Assembly (NCBI RefSeq): GCF_001194135.2
Contig: NC_068982.1
Location: 186,736,346-186,800,345 of the forward strand
Length of the DNA stretch: 64,000 bases
Direction of reading: 5' to 3'
From: Octopus bimaculoides
Taxonomy: Eukaryota
Shown here piece by piece: positions 26,723 to 40,345 of the stretch (positions within the stretch are counted from its first letter, which is position 1; every line of letters begins with the position of its first letter). Below the pieces are notes generated by a model. The model was not told where the DNA came from, did not search any database, and saw only the letters and a list, made by a program, of their open reading frames with translations. The position numbers were made by a program, and so were the translations under genes.

Positions 26723-27205
26723 ATATATATATATAAAATGAGTGTGTGTGTGTGTCTGTCTGTTTATCTGTTTGACAACCAGTGTTGGTGTGTTTACATC
26801 CCTGTAACTTAGCAGTTTGGCAGTAAAAGAGACCAATAGAACAAGTACCAGGCTTACAACAGAAGTACTGGGGTTGATTCAGTTGACTAAAAATTCTTTG
26901 AGGCAATGCTCTAGCATAGCCAAAGTCTAATGACTGAAACAAGTAAAAGATAAAAGATAACTCAAAGAGAAATCAAAAGCAGAAGATTTACCACTTCTCT
27001 GCAACAGAAGATCAGAAACATGAAGTATTCTGGATTGCAACGCAGAATGTTAGTGTAGATGAAGACCTGTTTAGGGAGCAATGAGAAAAATGAAGGTTGG
27101 AAACGTTATCACAAGAGGTTATTGATTGTGGAAAATGTATGGGTGGAAGAACTGTCCCAAACATAGGGAGCTATTGGAAGAACTGTCCCAAGCACTGGGG
27201 AACTA

Positions 27206-27432
27206 TTGGGTTAGTGCATAATTATTCAACAAAAACAATAACAACATGTAACAAAAACATCTTTAAATGATTATTCTGGGGTATATTCACCATCTACACT
27301 TTAATTACTGCTTCTCATTTGCTTGGCAGATGGTCAGACCATCATTTAATGATGTTTTTGTTAAATATTGTTATTGTATTTCTTGAATAAAATTTGCTGA
27401 AAAAAAGTCGCAATACTTATGCACCAACCCAA
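27206..27432. mobile_element. Mariner-type MITE, copy 1
   Basis: TIR TTGGGTTAGTGCATAATTATT / TACTTATGCACCAACCCAA with TA at both ends. Confidence 0.8.
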
Positions 27433-27474
27433 TATATAAAATACATTGGTCAAATAGTACATCACCATTTTATA

Positions 27475-27721
27475 TTGGGTTGGTGCATAATTATTGCTGC
27501 TTTTTTCAACAAATTTTATTCAGCAAAAACAATAACATATAACAAAAACATCTTTAAATGATTATTCCGGAGCATATTCACCGTCTACTTCAATTACTGC
27601 TTCCCATTTGCTTGGCAGACGGTCAGACTGTCATTTAAAGGTGTTTTTGTTAAATATTGTTCTTATTTTTGTTGAATAAAATTTGCTGAAAAACAGCTGC
27701 AATAATTATGTACCAACCCAA
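27475..27721. mobile_element. Mariner-type MITE, copy 2
   Basis: TIR TTGGGTTGGTGCATAATTATTGC / GCAATAATTATGTACCAACCCAA with TA at both ends; aligns with copy 1. Confidence 0.85.
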
Positions 27722-28039
27722 TAGTTATTGAAATGGACAGTGGTATCACCAAAATGCCATTAAAGGTATGAAATTGAGAAAAGCAACATCTCTATCAAGT
27801 ATAGCTGTTGAAATGCTGAAAATATCTAGCAAAGGTGCAAAATATCCACCCTGTTCAATCCTCTATCTCACTTCACTTATATTCACCTTCCTTTAACACA
27901 TCTCTCTTTTACAACTGAGTTAATGGTGTGTCTCCCCTACAGCAAGACACTTATTCCTGTTCATTTATCATACTTTAACTTCTCATCACCAGGTAAAAAG
28001 CAACTTCCCTCAATACTGCTCACCATTCAGTTGAGGAGC

Positions 28040-28623
28040 CTTGTCTTGCAAGTTCACTCTCTTCATGCTATTAGACTCAGAAAGTTTTGTGAGGATTCCA
28101 TTGGACCCAATTTGCTGACTTTTCCAATGGCACACAAGTGTTGATGAATGGTTGAATGACCAAATCCAAGCTTTTCTGCCAATTCCTCAATAGTTACGAT
28201 GAGATTTTGTTCCGCCAGGGTTTGCAGGACATCCTTGTCAAGCTCCACAGATCTTCCAGGATGAGGCTAGTTTTCTAGGCTGTATTTTCCAGCTCTAAAT
28301 TTCTGGAACCACTGTTGACACTCGCTTACCCTTATCGTCCGATCCCCATAAACTGCATTAATATTCCTCGCACTTTCCATTGCGTTATTGACTTTATTGA
28401 ACTCATGAAGCAAAATATGCTGAATACGCTCCTTTGTCATTTCCATTATAACTATGAAAAAATAACTGTTAAAATCGAATTACACTCTTCAAAACCTGCA
28501 CTAAGTAAAAGGTAAAATTACTACCTGTTTTTATAGCATGTTGATGCAGGTAATTTATCCCGTCCTCTTCTGACTTTTAGTTCAAGCAATTGAAAAAACC
28601 GCATTATTTATGGGACGACCTAA
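28040..28623 (-). mobile_element. Mariner transposon 5' fragment (TIR plus HTH region of the transposase)
   Basis: ELDKDVLQTLAEQNLIVTIEELAEKLGFGHSTIHQHLCAIGKVSKLG; TIR TTAGGTCGTCCCATAAATAATGCGG next to TA. Confidence 0.85.
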
Positions 28624-28779
28624 TATTTTACCTCCCACATATTCTACTGAAAATTACAAGCTTCAATCATGATGAAAGACAAACAGCATTTACCCATTAG
28701 AGGATATTTATGAGGCTTCTTTTCATGTGTGTGTACATATCATCGCCATTGTTTTAATGTCTGCTTTTCCCTAATGTTA

Positions 28780-28995
28780 AAGGCGGCGAGCTGGCAGAAT
28801 CGTTAGCATGCCGGGCGAAATGCTTAGCGGTATTTATCTGTCTTTACGTTCTGAGTTCAAATTCTGCTGAGGTCGATTTTGCCTTTCATCCTTTCAGGGT
28901 CAATGAATTAAGTACCAGTTGCATACTGGGGTCAGTCTAATCAACTGGCCCCCTCTCCCCAAATTTCAGGCCTTGTGCCTAGGGTAGAAAAGAAT
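28780..28995 (+). mobile_element. tRNA-headed SINE family A, representative copy
   Basis: ggcggcgagctggcagaatcgttagcatgccgggcgaaatgc...gagttcaaattc. Other copies at 502-720, 4432-4650(-), 22470-22693(-), 32103-32335, 32352-32570, 38115-38340(-), 48438-48890, 55098-55300. Confidence 0.85.
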
Positions 28996-29230
28996 GTCTA
29001 TTTTTCCCTGCTTGCATGAAATACATTAAGTTTATTGAGAGAGATTTTCTACTGTTGGATGACCATGCTGTCACCCACATTCACCTCTTTCTAGGCAAGG
29101 TAATATTTCCCCATAGCCAGACATGTTTTTGTAGAACATTGGAAATGAAAAACAATAGTTGTATGACACTCATATACTCATTTACAACTATCACATGATG
29201 TCAAAACAAGGAAATACAAACACACACACG

Positions 29231-29261
<31 letters not shown>

Positions 29262-29469
29262 TCATTCACACACTCACACACACATGCACTCATTCACACA
29301 TGTGTTTGTATGTATGTGTGTACATACACATACATACATTCATTACAAATACAATCTGTTAGAAGAACAGTAAAAAGATGCAAGACTTTTCTCAATTTCA
29401 GAATGTGAGATTGTTTTTGTTCTCCACATTACAAGGATGTAGTTTTGTATCTTTGTTAAATACCAGCTT

Positions 29470-31060
29470 CTTCCAGTGGAAGAAACATGAGGGAGTCATA
29501 CCCAATGACTGGTGTAGCCCAACTAATTAGGAAGAGAGTTAGTCTAGATGAGATACAGTTTGGTTTTGTGCCTGGGAAAAGTACCACTGATGCTATATTC
29601 CTGGCAGGAGAAGTACCTAGCCAAAGGTTAACATTTGTACATGGCTTTTGTTGTCATGGAAAAAACCTTTGACAAAGTCCCCTGATCCCTTCTCTGGTGA
29701 TCAATGCAGAAACTAGGGACAGATGAGTGGTTAGTGAGACCCATACAAGCCATGTCCAGGGATGTTGTCAGTAAAGTTAGGGTTGGCAATGAGTATAGCA
29801 ATGAATTCAGTGTACAAGTAGGAGTTCACCAAGGATCAGTTCTCAGCCCCCTCCTGTTCATCATAGTCCTCCAGGCAATAACAGGAATTTCGGTCGGGCT
29901 ACCCCTGGGAGCTCCTCTATGCTGATGATCTTGTTCTTATAGCTGAATCACTACCAGAACCAGTGAAGAAATTTCAGGTGCAGAAGCAAGGTCTGGTATC
30001 AAAAGGTCTTAGAGTTAGTTTAGCAAAGACCAAAGTCTTAGTAAGTAGGAAAGCAGACAAATCCCAAATCCCTTTGGGGAGATGACCCTGCTCAGTATGT
30101 AGAAAAGACGTAGGTAGAAACTCAATTAGGTGTACCCAGTGAAAGCTATAGATGCATAAGTGGTGCAGCAATATCAGAGGAAGGTTAACGGATAAGATAG
30201 TCTTTGTTTATGGAAGATGTACAGGTACAATAAACACAAGAATGTACAGAAAAATAGAGTTCCTCAATTGTCTGGGAAGATACTTAGAAGTAGTTAATAG
30301 CTTCCGTTACCTAAGTGAGCAAGTCAACAGTGGAGGGGAATGCTCCAAGAGTGTAGCTGCGAGAATAAGAATAAGCTGGACAAAGTTCAGAGATCTTCTA
30401 CCTTTATTGGTAACAGAGGTCCTCTCCCTTGGAGTGAAAGGCAGATTGTATGATGCCTGTGTATGAACAGCTATGCTGCATGGCAGTGAAACGTGGTCTG
30501 TGACTGCAGAAAACATGCGTAAGCTTGAAAGAAATGAAGCTAGTATGCATAAAATTGGGCATAAGAAGCATCAGATGTGTGCAAGAGAGAAGACTGCACT
30601 GGTAAGATCATGTGATGCATATGGATGCGGACATGAGGACAGCTGTGTCAAAAAAGTGCTGGTCCCTAACTGTGGAAGAGGTAGACTTAGGAAGACGTGA
30701 GATGAGGTGGTAAAGCATGATCTCAGGTTGTCGGGTTTCACAGAGGCAATGACAAATGATCGAAACCTTTTCCGATTTGCTGTGCTTGAAAAGACTCATC
30801 AGACCAAGTGAAATCGCAGTCATGGACAGTGGTAGTGACATGTAAAAAGGTACCCGTGAAGGTAACACATGAATGGTACCTGTGCTGGTGACACATAAGA
30901 GGAACCCACTACACTCTTGGTGTGGTTGGTGTTAGGAAGGGCATCCAACTGTTGAAACCAAGCCCAGATTGGAGCCTGGTTCAGCTCCTTGGCTTGCCTG
31001 TTCAAGTCAAGCCATCTTATCCCACCAACATGGAAAACAGGCGTTAAATGATGATGAGGC
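29470..31060 (+). mobile_element. 5'-truncated RTE LINE, degraded
   Basis: QFGFVPGKSTTDAIF, GVHQGSVLSPLLF, LYADD region, MLHGSETW, then the family tail. Confidence 0.9.
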
Positions 31061-34000
31061 AAAAGAGAAGGGAACATACATACATATGATGGTACTTATT
31101 ACAATTCTTCACAGGGACATCTAGTTTCATATTGGCCAGAAATCCTTGTTGCAAGGATTACAGCATAGTATAAAACTACAACAAGTCCATGTGAAATTTT
31201 CGGCTTTCCAATATCCACACGACAGGTGACCACAGCTGGAAGTTTTGATCATAGGCCTTCTACAATGGGGTTCACTGAGTGTAAACAACAACTATAGAGG
31301 TTCCAATCCCACCAGTGTCCTTATGTCAGGGGTTCTCAACCATTTTTTGCTTTTGGATCTCTTTGGTTTCTTTTTAACTCAGATGGACCCATCATCAACA
31401 TTGTTTAATGTCTGCTTTCCATGCTGGCATGGGTTGGATGGTTTGACTAGGGACTGGCAAGCCAGGAGGCTGCACCAGGCTCAATCCAATCTGGCAATGT
31501 TTCTGTAGTGGGTGCTTTTTTACATGCCACCGGCATGGGAGCCAGAGGGGGCTGGCACTGACATTGACCCCTCTCCTTGCCACCGATGTTATCCAAAAGA
31601 AAGGCAAAGGCTGATACAAGTTGACCCCAGTGACGTCGCAACTCGTTTCTACAGATTAGTGAACTTGGAGCAATGTGAAATAAAGTGTCTTGCTCAAGAA
31701 CACAACACACAGCCCTGTCCGGGATTCGAACTCCCAACTTCACGGTCGTAAGTTCGATGCTCTAACCACTGAGCCATGCGCCTTTACTTGCCTGTATAAG
31801 AATATTATAAACTATTTGGAGAGAGACCTTCTCTTTGATGAGTGATGTTAAAGCATCCTTTAGGGTATTATGTGTGATTTGACTGCAAGTACATTAATAA
31901 TATTTGAAAACTTGAGTACTACGGGGTGTGAGAGTGGACTGTGGGAGTGGGAAAGAAGGAAAAGCCGCTGGCTGGTGATAGAAAGGGACCTAATTCCGTA
32001 ACATATCAAATATTCCTAACAGAAAAAAAAAAATTTTTTAATCAACACTGAGAGTAACCTCCCTTGACCCATAAACTGAAATGCTATCACTACATGATAT
32101 ATGCGGCGAGCTGGCAGAATCGTTAGCACGTCGGGCGAAATGCTTACCGGTGTTTCGTCTGTCGTTACGTTCTCGGGGTTCAAATTGCGTCGTGGTCCAC
32201 TTTGCTTTCATCCTTTCGGAGTTGATTAAATAAGTACCAATTACACACTGTGGTCAGTGTAATCGACTTAATCCCTTCCTCTGTCCTTGTTTGTACCCTC
32301 TATGTTTAGCCCCTTGTGGGCAATAAAGAAATAAATATATAAGGTATGTATAAGGCGGCGAGCTAGCAGAGTCGTTAGCACGCCGGACAAAATGGTTAGG
32401 GGCAATTTGTCCGTCTTTACATTCTCAGTTCAAAGTCCCCACGAAGTCGACTTTGCCTTCCAGTCTTTCAGGGTCGATAAAATAAGTACCAGATGAGCAT
32501 TGGGGTCCATGTAATCGACTTGTCTCACTCCCATAGTTGCTGGCCTAGTGTCAAAATTTGATACCAGTATATAAAGTGTGTGTNNNNNNNNNNTGTGTGT
32601 GTGTCTGTAAACATATATCATCATCATCGTAACCAATTAATGTCTGTTTTCCTTGAGGCCTGGGTTGAGCGGTTTGCCAGGATCCAGCGAGCTGCAGGGC
32701 TGCATCAAGCTCCGATGCCTGCTGCTTTGGCAGGGTTTCTACAACTGGCTTTCTTTCCAAATGCCAACCACTTTACAGAGAGGACTGGCTTCCAGAAACT
32801 ACTGAGGTTCACAAGTGACTTGCAAGATAGGTGAAAGGATAAGAAAAAGAAAAAGCTCCTTTGACATGGTGGGTGAGTATTTCAGAAGGTTCTTTATGCC
32901 AGGTGTGGTGAGGTTGAAGTGTGCCAGAAGGACATGTGCAGGTGTCTTGCTATAGAAAAGAAACATGGCTACCTTGCATTATATAAGGGTAGGTATGGGG
33001 ATCTGGGAAGATGGTATGATGATAGTGATGGGGTGCCAGAGCAAAGCCTCAAGAAGGAAGCGAGGGTATGGACAGTGGGCTGGGAAAAGAAAGGATGGGT
33101 TAGGTGGGGGTTTTAAGACTGAGGGGAGAGTAACAGATGGAGATGAAGGTTTCCCCCCCCCCCAGCATCGCTTGACAACCGATGCTGGTGTGTTTACCTC
33201 CCCCATAACTTAGCGGTTCGGCAAAAGAGACCGATAGAATAAGTACTAGGCTTACAAAGAATAAGCTCTGGGGTTGATTTGCTCGACTATAAAGGCCGTG
33301 CTCCAGCATGCCCGCAGTCAAATGACTGAAACAAGTAAAAGAGTAATATATTAAAATATTTGATTTGGTTTCAAATTTTGGCACAAGGCCAGCAAATTCA
33401 GGAGGGGTTAAGTTGATAACTCTGACCCTCAGTAGTCAACTGGTGCTGATTTTTCAATCATAAGGTGATATGCTGCATTTGAGAAGACCTATTGAGTCAA
33501 GTAAAATCAAAATCAAAATGGAAATTGTTGTGGCCGATGCCAGTGCCATGGGACTGGTGCCCATGTTGCTGGTATGCAATAAGCACCATTCAAGTGCAAG
33601 TCAATGCCAGTGCCTCCTGACTGGTTCCACATGCCGGTGGTACATAAAAAGCACCGTCTGAACGTGGTCGATGCTGCTGCCTCCCAACTGGCTCCTGTGC
33701 TGGTGGCACGTAAAAAGCACCTTCCGAATGTGGTTGATGCCAGTGCTCCCCAACTGGCTCCTGTGCCAATGGGACATAAAGAGCACCATCCAAGCGTGGT
33801 TGATACCAGTGCCCCCACCCCCACCAGCCACCCACCCACCTACCCAACTGGCTCCTGTGCTGGTGGCATGTAAACAGCACTATTTGAGTGTGGTCGATGC
33901 CAGTACCGCCTAAATGGCCCTGTGCCGGTGGCAAATAAAAAGCACCCACTACACTCTCAGAGTGGTTTGGCGTTACGAAGGGCATCAAGCTGTAGAAACC

Positions 34001-34329
34001 TTGCCAGATCAGATTGGAGCCTGCTGCAGCCTCCTAGCTTGCCAGTCCTCAGTCAAACCTTCCAACCCATGCCAGCATGGAAAGTGGACATAAAAAGATG
34101 ATGATGATGAAAGGATGAAAAGCAAACAGAATTTGACTTTGGCAGAATTTGAACTTAGAATGTAAAGATGGACAAAATGCTGCTAGGCGTTTTGCCCAAT
34201 GTGCTAATTATTCTTTTACTGTTTGTGTTAGTTATTACCGTCTCATTATGTCTCTCCAAGACCCTTGTGTGTAAGTGTTCAATATCTTTCCTCCTTCCAG
34301 TGCTGATCAATATCTTATGTGTCAACATT

Positions 34330-34860
34330 GACAAGACAGGGGTCAGTGCTGGGGCCAATACATTTCCTTCTCTCTATCAACGACTTGCCAGATTTCCTTG
34401 ATGGAAGAGTCCTCCTATTTGCAGACGACTTCAAACTTGTCTCACCTAGGAATCAATACGACATATTCCAATCATCATTGAAACAAGCTTGGAATTGGGT
34501 GAAAGAATGCGATCTGCCCTTGAATGCCTCTAAATTCATTTTCCAATAGCTTCACCTCCAAACTCCCCTTGACTATTGGCCTCAAACACCAACATCTTAA
34601 GATGGTCACTGAAAAAAAGGATCTCAGCAGTGTATCGAGGTGGGGAACAAAAAGCCAGAAGGAATCTTTTCCTCATCTGCTGGTCCTTTGTCAACCTTTC
34701 AATGGACGTTTTCGGCCTTTATACATCACTGTAGTTTGACCCATCCTCGAATATTGCATCTAGGCCTCAAACCCATATCTCCAGAAAGAGATTCAGCACC
34801 TGGAACAGATTCAACACTTTGTCACGGGAATAGCCACATCATCCAAACCGACCAGGTGAA
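34330..34860 (+). mobile_element. CR1/L2-type LINE RT fragment
   Basis: QGSVLGPIHFLLSINDLPD...LLFADDFKL...WVKECDLPLNASK. Confidence 0.85.
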
Positions 34861-34916
34861 ACCAGGCTTGGCTGCTAGTATGTATATATAAGTATGTATA
34901 TGTACACATATATATA

Positions 34917-35900
34917 TGTAGTGAACACTTCTCTCACTAGTAAATATACAGACAAACGCGAGCGTAGTAGAAAACAACTCATTCCCTGTCATCACCTGAC
35001 TGACTATTCCTTGAGCGGGTAAANNNNNNNNNNTCATTCCCTGTCATCACCTGACTGACTATTCCTTGAGCGGGTAAATTATCTCCACCCGTTCGCCCCA
35101 GGACACAAATCGACCAACCATAGCCCCTAATAAGGTCACGTGAGAGTGTTCTTCTCATGCTTCTCTGGAGCCTACCTTCAGCTATAAATAGCCTAAATTA
35201 TACCCGCCAAATCGTCGCGCCTCAGATCTCCTTTGAGATCTGGCCGCCGACCACACACGCGTAACACAGCCAGCCAGTTCCAGCGACAACATTAACAACA
35301 CCATCGTTCAACTACGAACTACAAGCATCGCCCCTGACGTCGCCAGCAGCAACACGACTCTACGACTACCAGCATCGCCGCCAGCGTCAACATGACTCTA
35401 CACGTACACAAGCTACCAACAGCTAACCGCAGCTTTTCAGCCCTGTTTGTGTGAATCGCCTCACCACGAAATTAACAGACAAGAACCCAGCCTGTGAAGA
35501 ACATCTGTATCCAAGAACCCGGCCCGGCATAGAAGCCCTAACATCACGACGAGTGATCGCTCTGCCTTAACGCTTTAACTTCTTATATACAGACACTTAC
35601 CACTGTGTACTCTAATTAAGAACTGGTAAATTCTTATACGTGTTACTGACTCTTATCAGTACTCTGTAACTCCTACATACACATACATGTATTACTCGCA
35701 CACACTCTTTTGTTTACACGACGGCCTGTCTTATAATGTGTTTTATTATGTTGCATTCACACTCACACACAGACATACAATCTAATGCTCCAATAAATCT
35801 TACTGTTATTCATCTTTATCGGTTGGTTCAATATCGTCTTCCTTACTGGCATTTACGAATTCTCTATGTTATAGTATTATAACATATCATTTCACTTCAT
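34917..35900 (+). mobile_element. Putative solo LTR, about 1 kb
   Basis: Starts TGTAGTG, TATAAATA at 35183, AATAAA at 35792, PBS-like TGGCGACCGTG at 35908. The 3' end and TSD are not resolved, and an assembly gap lies at 35024-35033. Confidence 0.5.
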
Positions 35901-36360
35901 ATTTTTGTGGCGACCGTGTGACGCGTTTATAAAAGGAGCCTGTTTTTCCATTCGTCACCATTTCTCCTTTTGGTTCGCACGGTCGTTCTTCCATATATAT
36001 ATAATATAAACAGTGTATATGTACACAACAAGAATATATACATATACATACATACATAAATACACACATTCATACTTTTGTAAGTGAAAACTGGAGGAAG
36101 AATAGTTGTTGTGCCAACATGGCTGTTTCCCAATTCAGTAATTGGAAAGTTGTGTTAAGTAAACTAACAAAAATAAACAATACTGTGTTGTGTGTCTTAC
36201 CTGAGTTGTAATTAGTAAAGGTGAGATTGCTGTGTTTTCTGACCTTAAAAGGGAAGGTCAGTTTTTGTGATGCAGTCTTTCCTATAGTACAGGGTTGGCC
36301 AAAAGCCACCTAACAGTAAACCCAAACCATTTAATTCCAAGATTTATTTATGTTTAAAAG

Positions 36361-36468
36361 CGTCTATGAATTTAATAAAAGATGTATTTCTGTTTTCTTT
36401 CGTACAATTGTCACATTATGATGATGCTGATTTTGAATACGATGGTACTCTCACAAATAAGATGGAAG
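36361..36468 (+). CDS. Candidate exon of the plus-strand gene (A-SMNLIKDVFLFSFVQLSHYDDADFEYDGTLTNKME)
   Basis: 108 nt, phase 1-1, open frame, donor AAG|GTAAAC. Acceptor tgtttaaaAG is weak, and an in-frame ATG at 36366 could be the real start. The 5' boundary is uncertain. Confidence 0.5.
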
Positions 36469-36589
36469 GTAAACCATTCTTTTCCATTATATTTCATTAA
36501 TGTACTGTCTACATTTATTTTGATAGGCATCTATGTATTCTATTCCACTCATGACTAACAATAGGATAAACCCATAATTATTTTGACTC

Positions 36590-36905
36590 CATAATGATCA
36601 CACAAACAATTACATACACACTTTTGTACATATACATGTACATACATACTTGCATGCACACACATGTGTGCATGCACACACACTCACATGCACACTCATG
36701 CACATATACACACACATGCACACACTCACACATACACATGCACACACTCATACACACAAGCATGCACACACACTCATACACACATGCACACACACTCACA
36801 CACTCCTAAAGACACACATGCACACAATCACACACACACGCACACACTCTCACACACACACACACACTCTCACACACACTCACACACACACACACACACA
36901 CACAC
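36590..36905. repeat. Compound (CA)n/(CACATG)n microsatellite
   Basis: Directly visible low-complexity tract. Confidence 0.95.
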
Positions 36906-37433
36906 CCATTCAATGCTGGAAAGGTTTTTTTTTTTTGTTGAATTTAAAAGATTTTACACTAAAACATTGCTTCTCCTTCGTTTCAATTATATGGATCGTT
37001 AGATGGAACAAAATTGTTGTGACTTCTTGTGTGGATGAAATATACCAAAAAAAAAACAGGTCACTGTTCTAAGACTGAATGATGCCTTGACGATCCCATC
37101 GGCCATCTTTGTATGAAAGCCAATAAATCGTTTTTTATTTCTGTTCTGCTTTAATGCAATGGGTTGATTGCAATAAACATCAGGTTTTTATTTAATGCAC
37201 CACTAACTCCCTGACAATGGCAAGCCAAAAGAATATGCATTATAATTCTGGACTCTGGAATGCTGAGAAATTTATGTTTAACTACAAAATTGATCCTTTC
37301 AGCAGCTGATCCCTGTCTTCCCCATTCTATCACTGTAGAACTAAGACCTGGCAATACACTGGGAAATTGTGGAAACTTCTCAGTTGATCTCTGATTTGAG
37401 TGTCAAAGTAATGGATGTTAAAGCAAAAACCTG

Positions 37434-38010
37434 CAGAGAATCATCCAGAGAAGGACCATAATGGATCATACCTGTTTTACAAGGATCATACCTGTCTTAC
37501 AAGCCTCTCTGCAACTATAACCAAATCCAGACCAGTGAAAAATCCTCAGATTGTCTTTATTAAAAGCAATAATCACTTCTTGAAATGTAACTTTTCTAAT
37601 GACAACTTTATAAAATGCGATGAATGCTTGATTTTGAAATTCCTGTCTCATGACTAGTTTGTCAATACCTTTTTAGTATCCATTCTTGCTTTGTGGAGCT
37701 CATCAATGTCCACAGTGTTCTGGAACATTTCTCATAGGCATTCCTCTAAAGTGTGCATACATTTTTGGAGGACACCATGTCTGTTTTAGTATAAATGCTT
37801 TAAAATGTCTAACAACATTTTTTTAATCATTATAATCACATCTATAAGGTATATTTTGTTTGTATCTTCCAGATGCTCATGATGAAATCTCTCCAAAAAG
37901 ACGTTTGCGCCGTATACCAGGTAATGTTATGTATTGCTAATAGCCTCTCTTTTATTTGGTTTACAACATATCACATTTATTACTAAAAAATTAGAAAAAA
38001 TCCTAACAAC
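37434..38010 (+). repeat. Segmental duplication unit, copy 1 (contains exon A); copy 2 at about 40477-41040 (contains exon B)
   Basis: 37489-37872 vs 40507-40893 differ by 4 substitutions and one poly-T length change by my alignment. Confidence 0.95.
37873..37920 (+). CDS. Duplicated-type exon A (D-AHDEISPKRRLRRIP)
   Basis: Acceptor ttgtatcttccAG, donor CAG|GTAATG, 48 nt, phase 1-1, open. Flanks are homologous to those of exons B, C and D. Confidence 0.78.
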
Positions 38011-38344
38011 TCCATCTTTCCATTAATTTATTATTTTTAAAAAAATTATCAATCTTAATTCATGAACAAGAATGTTATTGGTTAAGTCTTTCCAATGAAT
38101 GAATATTTATTTTTTTATTGCCCACAGGGGGCTAAACATAGAGGGGACAAACAAGGACAGACAAATGAGATTAAGTTGATTACATCTACCCCAGTGCATA
38201 ACTGGCACTTATTTTAATCGACCACGAAAGGATGAAAGGCAAAGTCAACCTTGGCAGAATTTGAACTCAAAACATAACAGCAGGTGAAATACAGCTAAGC
38301 ATTCCACCCAGTGTGCTAATGATTCTGCCAGCTCACCGCCCTGA

Positions 38345-40345
38345 GAGCACCAAATCAACGGGCAAAGAAAAATATACCCAGGGATAGGAGGGTACTAATG
38401 AGACGAAGAGCAAAAATCTCAAACCGTTTAAATGGACATCTAAAAGATTTCAAACGAATCTACCTCGAATACACCTTGCTTGAGATTGAAAATGCACTCA
38501 AACTTTCCCATAAAACGGAAAGGGTAGAAAAGGAAGCCAGGGCTATCAAAAACATTAAAGTGGACCCTACGGCCTTCTACAGATATGTGAAAGAACATGC
38601 TTCAGTGCGTTACAAAATAGGACCGCTGCTAGATGAAAACGGTTCACCAACTGCGGACCCCCAGAGGATCAGTGAATTACTGAATGCACAATACAAGAGT
38701 GCTTTCAGCATACCGCTGGGGAAACTACGAGTGAATGTGCCGTGTAGGGTCTTTGAGCCTGATGACACACATTGTGAAATGGCAACTATTGATAACATCA
38801 ACATAGAGGAAACTGATGTGATATCAGCCATTGAAGAGCTGAGCTTGAACTCGGCAATGGACCTTGATGGATTCCCTGCAATCCTCCTAAAGAAATGTAA
38901 AAGTGCTCTAGCTAGACTGCTTCAAATTCTTTTCCAGGATTCCCTCAGGATGGAGAAACTCCCCCAAAAACTAAAAGAGGGAATAATATGCCCTATCCAT
39001 CAGGGAGGAAGGACGGCAGAGGCTAGGAATTATAAACCTGTCTCCCTGACCTCCCACATCAATAAAGTCATGGAGCGCATTGTCAGGAAAAGACTGATTG
39101 AGTTCCTTGAGGCTAATGACCTGCTCTCTGACACCCAACATAGCTTTCGCTCAGGAAGGAGCTGTCTTACACAGCTTCTGTGACACTATGACTGGGTGCT
39201 GAAGCAATTAATGAATTGCTCAAATGTGGATGTGGTATACCTCGACTTTGCGAAGGCATTTGACAAGGTCGACCATGGAATGATGTGCCACAAAATATGG
39301 AGACTTGGCATCACCGGTAAAGTCAGAGAGTGGCTGCATGATTTCCTAAAGGACAGGAGCCAAACTGTAGCAGCCAATGGAGCTCTCTCCACAGGGACAC
39401 CAATAGTGAGTGGAGTGCCCCAGGGCACTGTGCTGTGGCCACTGCTTTTCATGGTAACTCTATCGGATATGCCATCAGTGACAGAGGCAGCCATGCTTAC
39501 CAGCTATGCTCACGACACGAAAGTCACACAGTCAGTCAAGGAAACCTCTGATACTACGCTCTTAGAGAAAGATCTAGATGCCATCCATACATGGGCTGAG
39601 GATAACAACATGCAATTCAATGCAAGTAAATTCCAGGCCCTCCGCTACCAGTTAAGTCCTGCTCAGGAATCACGACATCAGTACGTTGGACCAAGTGGAG
39701 CAACAATCCCAGAATCAAAATACGGTGCGTGATCTTGGAATAGAAATGAGCAACAATGCCTCATTTCACACACATATCAACAAAATGGTAGCAGTATCCA
39801 GAAGACTGGCCGGTTGGATTCTGAGAAATCTTCTGGACAAGGGATCAAGAAACTATGATGACTCTATGGAAGTCATTTATCCTCGGCTGACTGGACTACT
39901 GCTCTCAGCTATGGTCACTTTAGACTACAAACTACAAGGACGATAGCAGAACTTGAAGCAGTCCAACAACATTACACAAAGAAAATTGCATCAATGGAAC
40001 GACTGAGCTACTGGGACAGATTGAAAGAGCTATGACTCTGTTCCCCGGAAGGAAGGAGAGAGAGGTATGCAGTGATATATATATGGAAGGACTGGTACCA
40101 AACTTTGGAATAAAGAGCTATACCAGATTATGAATGGGACATCACTGTGCTGTCCCCAATGTGCCGACTGCTTCATTTTGGGCAAGGACGATGTACTGCA
40201 ATAGCTTGGGTTTCAAGGGCCCACAGCTGTTTAACTGTCTGCCGAAGCATCTGAGGAGCCTCCATGGAGTGGATGTAAACGTTTTCAAATGTGAACTTGA
40301 CCTTTGGCTTGCTGAGATCCCGGATGAGCCAATATCTAGGCTGTA
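38345..40345 (+). mobile_element. CR1-clade LINE, 5'-truncated ORF2 (RT), with stops and frameshifts
   Basis: NYKPVSLTSHINKVMERIV, QHSFRSGRSCLTQLL*, VYLDFAKAFDKVDHG, SGVPQGTVLWPLLF, YAHDTK. Confidence 0.93.

Noticed and set aside
31115-31225. 111-nt AG...GT segment as an extra exon of the plus-strand gene
   Set aside because: Stop codons in all three frames.
31712-31782. tRNA-like sequence with A and B boxes on the minus strand (also 50941-51010)
   Set aside because: It runs directly into a SINE body found several times in the window, and I could not fold a convincing acceptor stem.
36578-37072. His/Thr-rich and Cys/Val-rich ORFs of up to 140 aa
   Set aside because: Translations of a (CA)n microsatellite.
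38398-39732. Longest ORFs in the window (261 and 178 aa) as a host gene
   Set aside because: CR1 reverse-transcriptase motifs, with an in-frame stop, a degraded YADD motif and frameshifts.
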